The position numbers and the translations under genes are program-made. Shown here piece by piece: positions 50,201 to 63,277 of a stretch of 64,000 nucleotides of DNA. This DNA is from Tubiluchus corallicola (lineage: Eukaryota; Animalia; Priapulida), in contig JAQGDQ010000650.1 in the NCBI GenBank assembly GCA_030141605.1, forward strand, positions 55,457 through 119,456, given 5' to 3'. Within the stretch, counting starts at the first letter, position 1. Each line of letters opens with the position of its first letter. The notes beneath the pieces were generated by a model. That model searched no databases and was not told the DNA's origin. It saw nothing but the letters and a program-made list of their open reading frames with translations.

Positions 50201-53200
50201 TAGGTGGGACCCCTAGGCAAAGCAGTGGATAATGCTGTTAAGATGGCTCTTCATTTATGAATCAATAATAAAAGCCTAGTTAACACTTTTACTACTTAAT
50301 AGTTTTTTCTGATGAGCAGTTGATTTCGTATGTACAGTAAAGGCTTAGCAATGTCCAGAGAATTGTACTGTTAATGAAAATGTCTTTAAGTGATGCTGTG
50401 CCTTATACAAGAAATACAGTTAGTAGACAAAATATTTCTGTAGGAAGTAACATAGAATACTACTAAACTCTATACTTGTTTCTCTACTCGACTTTTTTGA
50501 GGTACTACTATATGTTAAACTTATTATGTTACACCTTAATGCGATTCCTGTTTTTGTTTTGAATTTTAGAGCATTCAACAAAAGATGGGGGAACAGAAGT
50601 TACAAGCCTTTATTAATTTTGCTTTGCGATACATGTCCGAGTTGAAGCTTCCAACAAAACGGTAAATATTAATGTTGAAAATTATAGAACTGTGCAAGTT
50701 TTACTTGGTGAACTGCCTTATTGATTTTGCTAGAAATGTACTGAATCTCCAGATTCAGTGATTTTAATGGATCCAGATCTGGTAGAAATCGTACGTCGGA
50801 TTTGCACTGTTTGTTTTTCTATTTTTGCATGTGTAAAACTAGTAATTGTGCACCATTTGTGGAAAACTGGTCTGGCTAAGAAAAAAAAAGGCATAATATT
50901 TTAATTATTATCTTAACAATCTTAGTGTTTTAAAGAATTTGAAGGTAAAGAATTAATTTTTGTGCCCTTACACTTGTAGCCCTTGTGATACCAGCAATCT
51001 TCACAGTGTTTCCTTGCAGCAAGAAACGTGAAAAGATAGCGCTTTTGCTGCAAAAGTGTGCAAATTTACAGCTGTTCAGTTGGCAGTTTTTTAGTGTAAA
51101 CCCAACAAATAGAGTTTACATTATATGCGGTATATGTAATAATAAAGTGCAGATCAAGTGTCCAAATTTACAGTGTAGTAACTTTAGAGAAACATCTGAA
51201 AATGCATAAGTGATGCCACTATGTGAGGCTAAACTAATGAAATTGAGTGAGTGCATTGAAGGCCAATTGTCAAGTACAGACTTCTTAGTAAATTCTATTG
51301 CGGTAGGTGCCGCTTAATAGACTCACTTTGGGAAGTGTTTTGACCCAATTAACCGATTGAAACCTATTAACCGATGTGTGAAGTATTACTGGTATAGAAG
51401 TATGAGTACCAGCTTACTATGCACTACATGGGTTTTAATGAATTTTAGAAATGGAATAATACTCAAATTCCTTTATACAGTTAAAAATTAGAAAAGGTAT
51501 TTTAAAAGTGAATTAGCAATAAATTAAAAAGTATACTTTTCTAAATCACACAAGTCTGTTTATTTTGCAAAAATTCCTTCAAAGTCAGCTACTTCATTTT
51601 GTCGCAAGGAAGTTGGCTCACAAAGTTCTCGTAATGATAAAAACTTTGAAAATCTGTTGTTATGTGATGCAGAAATTCTCATAAAACACTTAGTGTTTGG
51701 CGTGCTTAAACTGTTGGTGGTGCCCGTGTTTTTGAGTCAATTAAACGATTGAGTCAATGAACCGTGAGTCTATTAAGCGGTGCCTACTGTAGTTTCTTTT
51801 TACCTGTTAAGTGTCAACTCACTGCACCAAGAAAAAATAAAAAGTTACCTTCTTTAGATATACAACAATTCTTATTTAATAATAACTTGTCAGTAAGCCA
51901 CTAAACTTGAAAAAAATAAACTACATATTACTGACAACAATTTTAGCTTTCAAGTTTGTCGACTAATTGTCAGCCAAATGCATATTTGATTCAGTAAAAG
52001 ATTAATGTCATTATAAGGAAATTATTTGCATTCATTTATTCACATATCAATGAAAGGAACTTAACTAAGGTATCAATCAGTACTACACTGAACTTAATTA
52101 ACAATTTTAATATCAGCTACATTAATTTGTAGAATCATTCACGTACAGATCTGAATCCGATCCCCAATTGGCAAAACTGGATTCGGTGCATCCCTAGATT
52201 TTGCCCTGTGTATATGTTTTGGTTTAAGCTTCTAGTTAAACTTATACTATTGTTGGTTGAAAATACATTGTGAAGTTGATTAATTTTTCAACTCAACTGC
52301 ATGTAGTATATCACTTTTAAGTGCTTAAATCTTGCCTTTAGATTTGCAAAACATTAGCTGATTTGAATCTTTCCTTAAAAATGAAATTTGTGTGATGTGG
52401 GAACCGATAAATTTAACCTCTTCACTGCTGTGCAGTTTGTAGTGTTGCTGGTGCAGGGGAATATTTTAATAAAAGGGAGAGTTACTACTGTTACAAATAG
52501 TATACATGTACTACAGATCACTGTAACTTTGCTACATCATCTCAGTTTTACTATCACATGTATCACTGCTATCACCATAGTTGTTGACATCCCTCATAAT
52601 TTCGACTACTGCTGCCCCCAGTGCTGTCAGCCACCACCGCTACAAGTATGCATTTTCGTCAACAACAATTTTCATTATGTCATTTCAAAAACAGTTTTAT
52701 TTTTTTCAGTCTGCGAAATATAGGGAAGAAAACAAAAGTCAAAACCCAAATGACTTCAATACACATTCAGTAATAGTGGTAATCTTTTCTACAAGTTTTG
52801 CCCATGCTTTTGGATGTAGGTATTTTACGGCCTATGTATTAACTTTTTGGCCAACGGAGGACAATGCCACTGTTTATTTTCAGTTGCCTGATTCACAAAG
52901 TGAGGCTGGCCTGTGCAGGCATCATTGCTACTGGCGTAGGTGTCAGTTAATTTGCATATTAAACAGGACTGTAAACAGTCGTCAGAATAGCATTTTATGA
53001 TGGATGATTTTTGTCATAGAGGCAGTGAAATGGTTAATAACAAATACTTGTTATTTCAACAGTATTAGTTTATTAGCAGTTAGTCTAGTAAGACTGTAAA
53101 ACTTTTACTAGTCAGAAACAACCTGAAGGCCACATGTTTTAACTGCTGCAAATAAGGCTGCTTTTGTTATGTCTTAATGTTTAACAGAAGTATGAAGCAG

Positions 53201-56200
53201 GTTGGGCTAACATCGGGTTTGTAGCTATTGTAGGTAGTTAGCCTAAAACTGTAAACTTTTCAGGGGAACATTTATAGAGTTCCGTAGTGGCCTTATCAAC
53301 GTGAGTCCTGTAGGCAGAAGTTGTTCACAGTCTGAACGGGAAGAGTTTAATGCTTATGACAAGATACATCAAATTCGACCCAAATTCGTAGAGGCACTTC
53401 GTAAAGAATTCCCAGATAATGGACTGCATTATTCTATAGGTATGTAGACATTAGTACTCTTTATAACCATGCAGCATGGTATATTGGCTAGGATGTTAAA
53501 ATTGATATATGGTATTAGTCTACATTTGTAGAGAGCTATTGACACACCGTCTACAATCGTGATAAATATATTAACAATATCAAATTAAATTTAAGCCAGT
53601 TTGCAGCAAAAGCAAAATTCATTCCACAAAAAGTTGATGTTGATGTTGCTTAATAACAATAACATTACATTAGTTACTTGTTTATGTAGTCTGGTGTATT
53701 TCAAGCCAGTGTCCAGTGGTTAACAATAGGGCTTGTTTATTAGACTGCTTATTGTGGCAAGTCTGATACTGATACCTTATCATCATTAAAGATGGTCTTC
53801 TAGGAAAACTAGTAGCAGTATCTTAACCACTACGCCTTCCCTCGGTGAAGTAATACAGAAGTTATGGCAGATGAATTCGTCCCAAAAAGAGATTCATACA
53901 ACCTGTTACTAATTAGACCAGCTTTGTTCAACTTTGGTCGCTTAACTGAGTTCGCAATTGTTTTTTCCCTTATTGAGGTCAGAATTACAAATAAGGGTAT
54001 TTGCATGTTATGAGACATTTTATTTTTGCTGTTACTTTATTCATTGTGAAGAACTCAAAATATTGCTTTTGTGTAATTTTGCAGGTGGCCAAATCAGTTT
54101 TGATGTATTTCCGATAGGATGGGATAAAACCTACTGTTTACAGCATCTAGAAAAAGACAACTTTAAAACAATTCACTTTTTTGGTGACAAAACAAATCCA
54201 GTAAGTAGGTTTACTTATTTATGTAATATAATTATATATCCAACTGTACAACTGGACTAAAGACCAGTTTAAATCATCGGCAATAGTACACTCATATCTT
54301 GGTTTGCCAGAACTCGATTTTATGGATATCGGAAGAATCTGACAAAATCTGGGTCATTAAAATGTCCCACATACTACGAACACAGTCCGTCGTTTCGCGA
54401 GCTGACCGCTAGTGAGCTTTGTTTACTTCATTGCATCAGTGTTTCTATGTATATTATAGTGCCCAAAAGTAAGAATTGGTCACACAAAAGTATCTTATTT
54501 AGGCAGTCAATGTAGAGTCAATTATGCAGAGTTACTTGAGTCAATTATTGACAGTTTTCATATACTTTTGCATAGGAGTGGGCCATGTTTGAGACAATTA
54601 GGCGATTTTTTCTACATTACTCTAAATCTAATGCATGACGCCTACTGTATTATCTTAGTATCGGTAAATGCGGACAATTGGCAAATTCAGACCGACGTCA
54701 CCCTACTTTTGTCATACAAACCAAGATATGAGTGTACTGTGCTCAATTATGTTTTAGCCAGTCTGAACCTATAATGAATTTTTATTTTTTATGGATCCGA
54801 TTCGGTTTTTCCAAAACAGATTTTGAAAACTGTTTTTCAAGGATCAAATCCGAATGTTACCTGATTAACAGCCGAATCTGACCCCAATATTGTGTATATG
54901 TACACATATAGTGTAAGCCTACACATTTTCTCTGTACAAACTTTAAATGTTATTAGATCTATAACAGTCTCACCTTTCTGCATCATCACGCAAATTTCAT
55001 ATCTAAAGTTTCCAAGTTTGTTAATATATAGGGTGTGCTTGACAAAAGTGCAGCAACCATGATTAAAAATTTAATTAAAACATTTTGCACACCTACCTGG
55101 GCTTCTTTTTGCACAATCTGTATTGAACCGTAAATTATGTCTATCTACTCACTTTCTGAAAATTCCCAAACAAGACTGTTTTTTTTCACTACAATGAGCA
55201 ATAGACACGGATTTAGATGTTGCGCATGTTATACAGTTGATAAGTAGTAAGTGCATTCAGTAACGTCAATACAGCAGAGCTTTTAAGAAGCAACAGGCAG
55301 TCACTTTAGTGTTTTGTGTAAAAAATGTTAAAGTAATATGTCTGCATACATGTTATTTAATTTAAAATTTATTTCTATTTTGTGTAGTTTCATTTGTATT
55401 TTTGTTTTTTTAAACGTTCATTTTGCAACATGCATAAGCAGAATGGTCCGAATCTTAGGGCACACACACGAGATTTTCGCGTAAACAAAGTTCGAAATGA
55501 TCGTTGGAAATGAAAATAATGTCCCTGCATTTCGTAGGTAATTAGCCAAACTAGATTATTTGGATCAGATCGGTTCCTCATCATCAGCACTGTTTCCGAA
55601 TGTCTAGCACAACATTGACAAAATACCTACAACAGCTACAGTGCTTGTGGCATGATTTTAGTTAAGAATATGCTGCTTGTAGTCAATTATTTGAAAGCTG
55701 TTATTGTTGAATATTCGACTGACTATACCCAAGTTTTTTGGGTATTGCTGAAAATTTAAGCTCGTTTTGAACACCCCTTTACACAGGATAGTTTGCAATG
55801 TTGTTACTGAGTTTTCATAAGTTTTACTAAACAGTGTGTAAAAACACTATTGTGCAGATGCGTTGTAATGGTCTTGAAGAATTATAGTAGTGCACGATGT
55901 CAACAGTTACAGGTGAAACCAATTTTTATTATTGTCCAAACATTTTCGGCAAGCGTCGCCATCATCTGGAACAAAAACAGCCAATTACAATTCAAGAAAA
56001 CAAAATAAAATAAAATAAAATGAAAATGTGATGAATTACAGTGACAAATAATTTTGATGTGACAGTAACTAAATTTTTAACTATTCAGTGCAGCAGGAGT
56101 GTTGAAAACCAGCATAAATTTTCACTGAAAGTGCTTGGATAGCACAATATAATCCACAGTATAACAACCAAGGCTGGTTATAGCCAAAGTCAAGTGCCTG

Positions 56201-58365
56201 AGTGTATGCACAAAATAGAAATGAAGCCTTGCAAGGGGATAACATAACGATGAAAATAGCACTTTTGAGACTGGCACAAGTTTTTTAATGAGTGCCTCTG
56301 TTCAGCAACTATTTTATTGTGAACTAGTAAATGTATAGTGTTTAAACTCCGTTATTTCTAGGATCAAGGCGTATTTTATGCAATAAATGCTAGCATAGGA
56401 TCAAGATGCTTTTCTGAGTTACCACTGGTATGATTCAGTGTGATGATAGCTTGAGTGTGTTTTATGTAGGTGTTACGGTATAAGCATTTTTAACTGCCTG
56501 CACAAGACCTGAGTGGGAGGGAAATACAACTGGTTTTCAGCATAGCGCAGATTAAAAAGTCTCTATTTTTATTTAAATAGCTGTGCCTGGCATATATAAT
56601 TTATTGCATATTATGAGCATTTCAGCGTGGGCCTACGTTAATTAATAACTAAGTTTACACCCTGACTGCCCTATGTGTTATTTAAGGTAAAATCACTCTA
56701 TTTATATGAAAAGTCACAGAATTATTTAGTTTGCAAAGCAGAACAGTTTGTAGTTTTTAAAGGCTCTGTTATTTTAGCCTGTTTCACATTTAATTACACA
56801 ATGGCTTTATTCAGGAAGCTGTCAAGTTCTGAAAGACATGAGAACACGTCATTATCGGTAGCAGTAAAAAAATTGCTGAAGTCTAGCAATGGCTTCAACT
56901 GTGTCAGTTCACAAACTGACTCTTTTTCTATGTCAGAATCATCGTGCTTGCTTCATTGACTGTAAGTTACAATTGAAACAACTCTGTTAGCTGGCGACCC
57001 ACCAGCACCTCTGTTTATGCTGTACTTGATACGCATTGAAATTTACTTGTAATAACCAGAGGTTCGTTATAACAGGCCGACGTACCTGTAACTGTTGGTG
57101 ATGTCTTTCAATAGTATTATTCCACTGTACTAAGGTTTTACGCCTCCAGTCTTGAAAAATGTTCTATAGCTCTTTGGAAAGAGGAAAAGGTGGGTTATAA
57201 GCAGATGTAAATCTTTTTTAAAACATCTAAACCAGCGCGAATGCCAATCATGTAATTCGCGACTGAATTTCGCAAAGCCTTCTCTTAGGACCCTACACAT
57301 TATACAGGAGTGCTGCCATTGTCATTGTAAGGTGGTGAAAACGGCCTAATTAACAAATTAGTATTCCAAAAATTGCCTGTGACACAATCAATAAGGTCTT
57401 GCATGGTGCTATTATTTTGCTCATGAGCTCAAGTTCAAATTCCAGTTTAGGTTTTACGTTTTTTAGCTTGCAAAATTATTGGTTAGTATGCTGGTCTAAT
57501 AATGTTTATCATTTCACACAGTTTAAACTTTGTGCAACGTTTTCTTTTGGCATTTGGCTAGTTTGTTATAATTTGCCTTCTTTATGTTACAAATGTTGTG
57601 TTAGTCATGCTTGCATGCTTATAATCCTTTCTGAAGAAATAGCCGTCACTCCTTTGATAGATTATAGGCTGCAGATTACCGTGGACAAAAACCGTGAACT
57701 CTTTAGATATGGCTATGACAGGTCTTTCCAAATTGCTCTTCAATGCAAGCTGTGACTGATTTTGCTGCCATGCCAGTAGCTGTATCAGATTTTGCTAATA
57801 TACCAGCGAGTAGCTGTAGCTGTTTTACTGCCATGTCAGTAGGAGTTTCAATTTTTGCTGTAATGCCAGTAGCTGTAAGAGGCTTGTATAATTTTAACCT
57901 ACATGCACAGTCCAACGATGAACTTGAAATTTTATACTTGAATTTTTCCCTAGTTGTCACCACTAGTTGCACTCACTGGCCTTTTAATTTAGTTTCTAAA
58001 TTAAGCTTCTTATCAACAGCATTTTGGTGATTATTATGAATAGTAAAGTGTATCTATAATTCTAACCTAAAAGTATCCCAATGTTTCTGACTGTAAGTCA
58101 AAGTGTGTCCCCTTTCCATCTGAAAAATGATTCCCTTACCTATTAATTAGGGCAACATGTTATTTACTTCATCGATTACTTCCTTAGGGTTAGATGGCAC
58201 TTTTCAGCCAACAGCCCTAAAAAACTTTTAAACTAAATTATTGCTGTCTTCTTATAGGGAGAGAATGATTATGAAATCTTTGTTGACCCTCGTACAGTCG
58301 GACACTCTGTAAAAACTACTGATGATACAATGAGGATAGTAAACGAACTGCTCAGCATTCTTTGA
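44286..58365 (+). CDS. PMM2: phosphomannomutase (HAD family, PMM1/PMM2 type), 7 exons: 44286-44366, 47723-47843, 48347-48423, 50570-50661, 53264-53439, 54085-54200, 58258-58365; 256 aa
   Basis: Motifs [107 protein letters not shown]. All introns GT-AG; total 771 nt in frame. Confidence 0.95.
45052..47470 (+). mobile_element. decayed CR1-type non-LTR retrotransposon in PMM intron 1 (PHD-like ORF1, frameshifted reverse transcriptase, endonuclease region missing)
   Basis: ORF1 CxxC...[10 protein letters not shown]...WNCNKC plus a coiled coil. RT fragments [101 protein letters not shown], with several stops and frameshifts. Confidence 0.9.
47191..47451 (+). repeat. tandem duplication of about 127 bp at the LINE 3' end
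   Basis: agccatagttttttaccg...ggaagacgacaacgac occurs at 47191-47316 and 47324-47451 with few differences. Confidence 0.9.
48502..50251 (+). mobile_element. non-autonomous hAT element in PMM intron 3 (outer)
   Basis: Ends cagggctgtcttaac / gttaagatggctctt; perfect 8-bp TSD catttatg (48494-48501, 50252-50259). Confidence 0.8.
48704..50169 (+). mobile_element. Charlie/SPIN-like hAT deletion derivative nested in 48502-50251
   Basis: Ends gagtggtgtgcaa / ttgcacccccctg; 8-bp TSD gtttacat / atttacat; gcggccc subterminal motifs; residual transposase start [17 protein letters not shown] near 49326. Confidence 0.7.
50731..52196. mobile_element. hAT MITE in PMM intron 4 (outer)
   Basis: Ends tagaaatgtactgaatc / gattcggtgcatcccta; perfect 8-bp TSD gattttgc. 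Confidence 0.75.
51301..51789. mobile_element. Tigger/pogo-like (Tc1-mariner) MITE nested in 50731-52196
   Basis: TIRs cggtaggtgccgcttaatagactcac / gtgagtctattaagcggtgcctactg followed by TA. Confidence 0.75.
56740..57088 (-). mobile_element. Tigger/pogo deletion derivative with transposase C-terminal remnant
   Basis: Minus strand ta|caggtacgtcggcctgttataacgaacctc is TIR-like. Frameshifted DDSDIE...[10 protein letters not shown]/...LSELDSFL...KQAKITE resembles Tigger transposase tails. Far end uncertain. Confidence 0.5.
57749..57876. repeat. degenerate 30-bp tandem repeat (about 4 units)
   Basis: Units such as gctgtgactgattttgctgccatgccagta and ggagtttcaatttttgctgtaatgccagta. Confidence 0.7.
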
Positions 58366-60371
58366 TCTTTGTGTAACTACTTAACATGTTTGTGCTAATT
58401 ATGGATACTTCAATTAGCCGTTTCCGTGCTGTTTTTTGATAAAATGACATTCCATTTTAGTGTAAAGTGAGTGTTGGTGATAAGAGTACAATAGTTGCAA
58501 TGTTAAAATTGTAGTGCCATATACTAGTTACAGCTTTTAGAAATTTTTGGCCAACTCTTCAAAGAAGAATAAAGCTGAGTTATCAGCATGGCTGAAGAAA
58601 TTATTATTGTTATGTTACAATTAGGTTTTAAATTATTTTCGAAGTTTTATTTATGATGGGTCAAAGATCACAATTAAAAAAAGGTTAACCTGTTATCTTT
58701 TCTGTTTTTTTGATAGTAATATTTTTTTTTAATTTTCTGTTTTGCTGCCATTTGCTAAAAGGCATAATTTACAAATGAGTCTCACGTATCACTGTGTCAT
58801 TTATAAATTATTTTTAGAAATGCAATGTGAAATAAAGTTTGTTGTAGAATTTGTTGTAAGAGTCCGTAGTAATATTTTTTAAGAAATTGCAGATATTCAG
58901 ATATTGAAAATGCTTTAAAATTGCATAGATGTATACTTTAAAATAATATAATTACATTGAACATGTTAACTATAAAATGCAGCATTAATGTTCAATTTAG
59001 TTAACATATTCATTGTTCAACATGTTCAGAAAAAGTAAATATGGCTGGTATGTACTGTATCCTAATAGTCCTAAGCAATTTAGTCCAAGAATTTAAAGTA
59101 AAATTTGAACTGACGGCCACAAGAAGCCGACACTGTAGTACAAATAGTAATGGCAACAATATTGTTACTATGTATGGCATTTTGACATAGTGTCAGATGC
59201 CATTACTATAACATATATTGACAAAGTGTAAGGCGCCAACACTATAACATATATAGCAATGCAAAAAATATTGTTAGTTTGTACGACACTTTGATTAAAA
59301 AAATTCTATTGCATGCAAAACTCTATTGCACTTGCTGTGATCAAGTTAAATAAAATTGCATTTTATTTTCAAACACTGCAAAGTTGTCATCATCTTTGTG
59401 GCAGTCTTTACAATATGTGCACATTCATGTATTTACACTTCACTAGAAAGTAAAGTCACGCCATTTAAGATGTGCAAGAATAAAGATGTACACAGAACTG
59501 CTTATTGTAATGTTATTAAGCATATTCTAACCATGTAACATTCTAAATATAAATTATATCTTGATGTTATTGGACATGTGCTAGGAACCTTCGCCAATTG
59601 TGAAAGCCTTATTGACGTCTTTGTATTGCACTTTGTCTCTTTCTTTTGCAAGTATTGCATTTAAATATGTGCATTTTCATGATAATATTACACTACCACG
59701 TGATGTCTTATAATCCATTTCCTGGTGCACACAAATAAACCTAAGATGCTTTATTAGACTAATGGATGTTTGTTGTTGGACAACATGACTGCAACGTAAA
59801 CCTGAATCTAACGAGTCCAAAGCAAGCAATTTGCCTAGGATCACAAAAGAGATTATTTGTGGAAAAACTGCTGTTTGGCTTGCTATTCATGTCAGGTTTC
59901 ACGTTTCTAGAGTAAATCACATCGTTTTCTCTTCTCGCTAGGTGCTTGTTAGTCATAAAAGGAAATACCATGTCAGGTGTATTAGTACTTGCACGAAAAT
60001 CTGCATAATTTAAGCCATCTTTTGGTGTACAGTTTGTGTTTGTAACAGTCATTTACTTCACCTTGGGCTGTTTATGTTGTGGATAATCTTGGAAATAGTC
60101 CATATTTAATTATAACTCTTTAGTCGCGATGTAATTTATCAGTTAACACTAACAACAAGTGTCTGATTGATTAAGTTAGTTAAGTTATTTGTACTTTTTC
60201 TCCGGGGAACTGAGCATCTAGGCAACTCTTTAATCATTTCCAGTGTGTGCCTGCATAGACAGTTTTGCACCAGACTATAAGATTCTTATGTAGCAGAGCA
60301 ATTGATTGAACTTGACTAGGGTATCCATGTGCACTTGTTTCTTTCATGCAGAGGACTCAGCATGTAAAACC

Positions 60372-60493
60372 TTAAGTATTTTCATAAGTCAATGGTGGAA
60401 TCCCATTCTCTGGATTTGGTTGCATTTGAGTATGTTCTGTGTCTTGTTCTTCTCTCACTTCATTGATCTGTTCATCTGGGAGAGGCTGATCAG
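60372..60493 (-). CDS. probable terminal coding exon of an unidentified minus-strand gene whose upstream exons were not found in the window
   Basis: Acceptor cattttctgttgcag, then phase-1 frame DQPLPDEQINEVREEQDTEHTQMQPNPENGIPPLTYENT*. No recognisable homology. Confidence 0.45.
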
Positions 60494-60729
60494 CTGCAAC
60501 AGAAAATGAGCCAGTGAAGCATCGCATAGCAAAGCTTAGAAATTCAGTGCATTTTACAGCTTATCTTTTCTACATGCACTTATATTTTAATTCGTTTGTT
60601 TTTAGTAAAATATTTATATTATTTATTTCAATAAAAGCATAGAAGCTTTCCGAAATATTACAAGCTGTAAAAGTTTACAGCTGTGCATATTAGTAAAATA
60701 GAAAACATTAATTAGTAAATATATATATA

Positions 60730-61332
60730 TGTTACAGGCAAAGTGTGGGTATTCTATAGAATTTCTAGGCATTTATTAGAAGACCAACACAAACTAGGTA
60801 AAGTGTCTAAAATAGTTCATTCTACGCTTATGCAAACATTTTGCTGCACTTATTCCATACATTATATATATAATGCAAAAGTTTGTCTAGGCAAAGTGTG
60901 TAACCTTGGGTTTTGAAGATACATTTCCCGGGTATTTTATAGAATGCTGATTAAATTGCAGGTAAACTAAAAATAAAACATATTCAGTTGTTCTCATATA
61001 ATTTGCCTATGTCTATCCTAATCTAATATAAAATGCCAATTTTCTATTTTCTTTTCGGTTCATAGCATTACGAACATTCCAAGTTGCACACAACCAAGTT
61101 GAGGAAAAAAATTGTACTTAAGAACTGTGATGAATCCAGCTCCAGGCTTACTTGATATAGAAATACAATGTATACAAATCCTAGCAATTATGCAAAACGT
61201 CTAGGAAAAGTGTGAAAGAGTCGCAGCCAAAACATATATTTCACACTTTTCCCAAAATGCATAGGCATTACATGAAATGCCTAGAAATTTCATAAAATTG
61301 AAATTTCTAGATTTTACACTTTGCCTGTGACA
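60730..61332. mobile_element. TGT...ACA-ended TIR element inserted in a (TA)n tract (Ginger-like MITE)
   Basis: TIRs tgttacaggcaaagtgt / acactttgcctgtgaca, flanked by TA repeats; internal ctagg.aaagtgt repeats. Confidence 0.6.
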
Positions 61333-63277
61333 TATATAAATTTCACAGATAGTAGATTACAAAAATGTGAAGATGCTTCTTATTGTTGCCGCTCTAGTGC
61401 TAGATGGAACAGTAACCTTTAGGAAGGTCTAATAAAAGGCGGATCACTGACTCATTCACTCAGACACATGGTATCTACTAAGTTTTTTGCCTTTCTAATG
61501 AAATGTGGTTTATGAAAATTGTTAATAATTTTATGCGTTATTTTTGAACTCCTTTACAATGTGACAAGTAAGATTAAATCTAACTCAAGAAAAAACCAGT
61601 ACTGAATCTATACAACTTGTTTTGAGATTTATTTTCATTGCACGTAAAGTTGTCAGGCAGATATGAAATCACTTGCGGAGTTGAGGACTGTTGTACTAGT
61701 GGAAAGACAGGCAGTTTGGGTATTTACAGAGGTAGTGACTGCCAAAAGGTATGCACCGATTAGCTACAATCGTGGAAATTTTCATTTGCATTTCCTCCTA
61801 CGCTGTCAGTTGTTTCCAATATTTTTTAGTAGTATTTAGGCATTGTAGGGTAGTTGTGCAGCTGGGGTTTTAAAAAGCTGGGAGTTTCTTAAAGGCCTAA
61901 GATAGGGGACTGGGTCATGTCAAAATTCCATAAAGATAATAGCTAGAATCACGAAACTTGCGGGGTAGAGGCCTGATATACGTACTCAGAGCCTCTACAG
62001 GTGTAGGAAACGTGACCTCTGGGTCAAATGTGAAAAAAGTGAGAAAATAGGGAAATGTAAAAAATGGGGCAAGTGACTTTGTCATTCGGCTTCACTTACA
62101 GTTCTGGACTAGGACTAGGAGTTTTTGCATGTATGGGTAGCCAAAAAACTGGACGAAAATACGTGGGTCGGCTGAGATGTGTTGCCAGTATTGAAGAATA
62201 GTGGCTCATAGTATACCAAATGAAAGGTTTCAATGAGACAAATTGAATCATGGAATGATATAAGTTACGTTGAGATGAGATTGGCGAGCATCACTGACCC
62301 CACCACGGATAAAATACGGGTCGAGGAGGCAAATGCTTTTCAATGTCTACGGAAATTAGCTTGTAGTTTATCAAGTGAAATGTGTCAATGAGGTGAATTG
62401 AATGGTATAATTTGGCAACATATTAGTTGACATTAACTACGGGTAAAAAAGCCACAAGTTGCATAAGTGTGAAGTAAATTTCCTTGGTAATCAAGCAACG
62501 CGAATTTAATAAAATCAAAATATAGCTTTCAGACAAAAGGCTGATGTCTTTTCAAAGATTAATTTTGTAACTATTGTTTGCAAAATCTTCAGTTTCTGAC
62601 CACGTCAGAAACATTGTCGACTGGAATATGCTGTCCTTTTTTTAATTTCTAACCTCATTTAAGTATTATTACGAATTGTGTTGGTTTTTAAATTTCTATT
62701 ATGAAATGTCACTTTACGGAGTAATTTGCTTTTTATTTGTTTTTATTTTATTTTTTAAGTCTCGTAATGCAGCTGATTGAAGATTTAGTGAAGTTACAAT
62801 GTTAACATTTCTCATTTGATAAATATTAGTCCGTGACATTTCAAAAACCATATTGATTTCAGCTTTGGCAACAACTGAAATGTCTCAACGATTTTTCCCT
62901 GGTTTCACTCAGGCGGCTTTTGATGTCAGTGAAAAAAGAAACTGAAAGACTAGACGGATGCAGAAAATAAACTTTAACAATAGCGCTTGCTGCTGGATAT
63001 CTAACGTTTATTTCGTTTTCACCTTGAAAACCTTTCGAAAAGAGCTTAACGCAGTGTTCAACAAAGTAACTCGCAAAATGTATGAAAGAGCAGGCAATGC
63101 ATTCTTTTGTTCACCATTTTGCTCAATCCTTTTTACAGTAACGCTGTTTGCTCAAAGTAAGAGAGTAACTGTACTTGCCACTGCAAAAGATCATACTACA
63201 TATTAGCATCTGCAAATTAACTCTAACTGCAAATCAATAGCAAAATCTAACTGCCACATTTTGGTTGTTCTTAGTTT

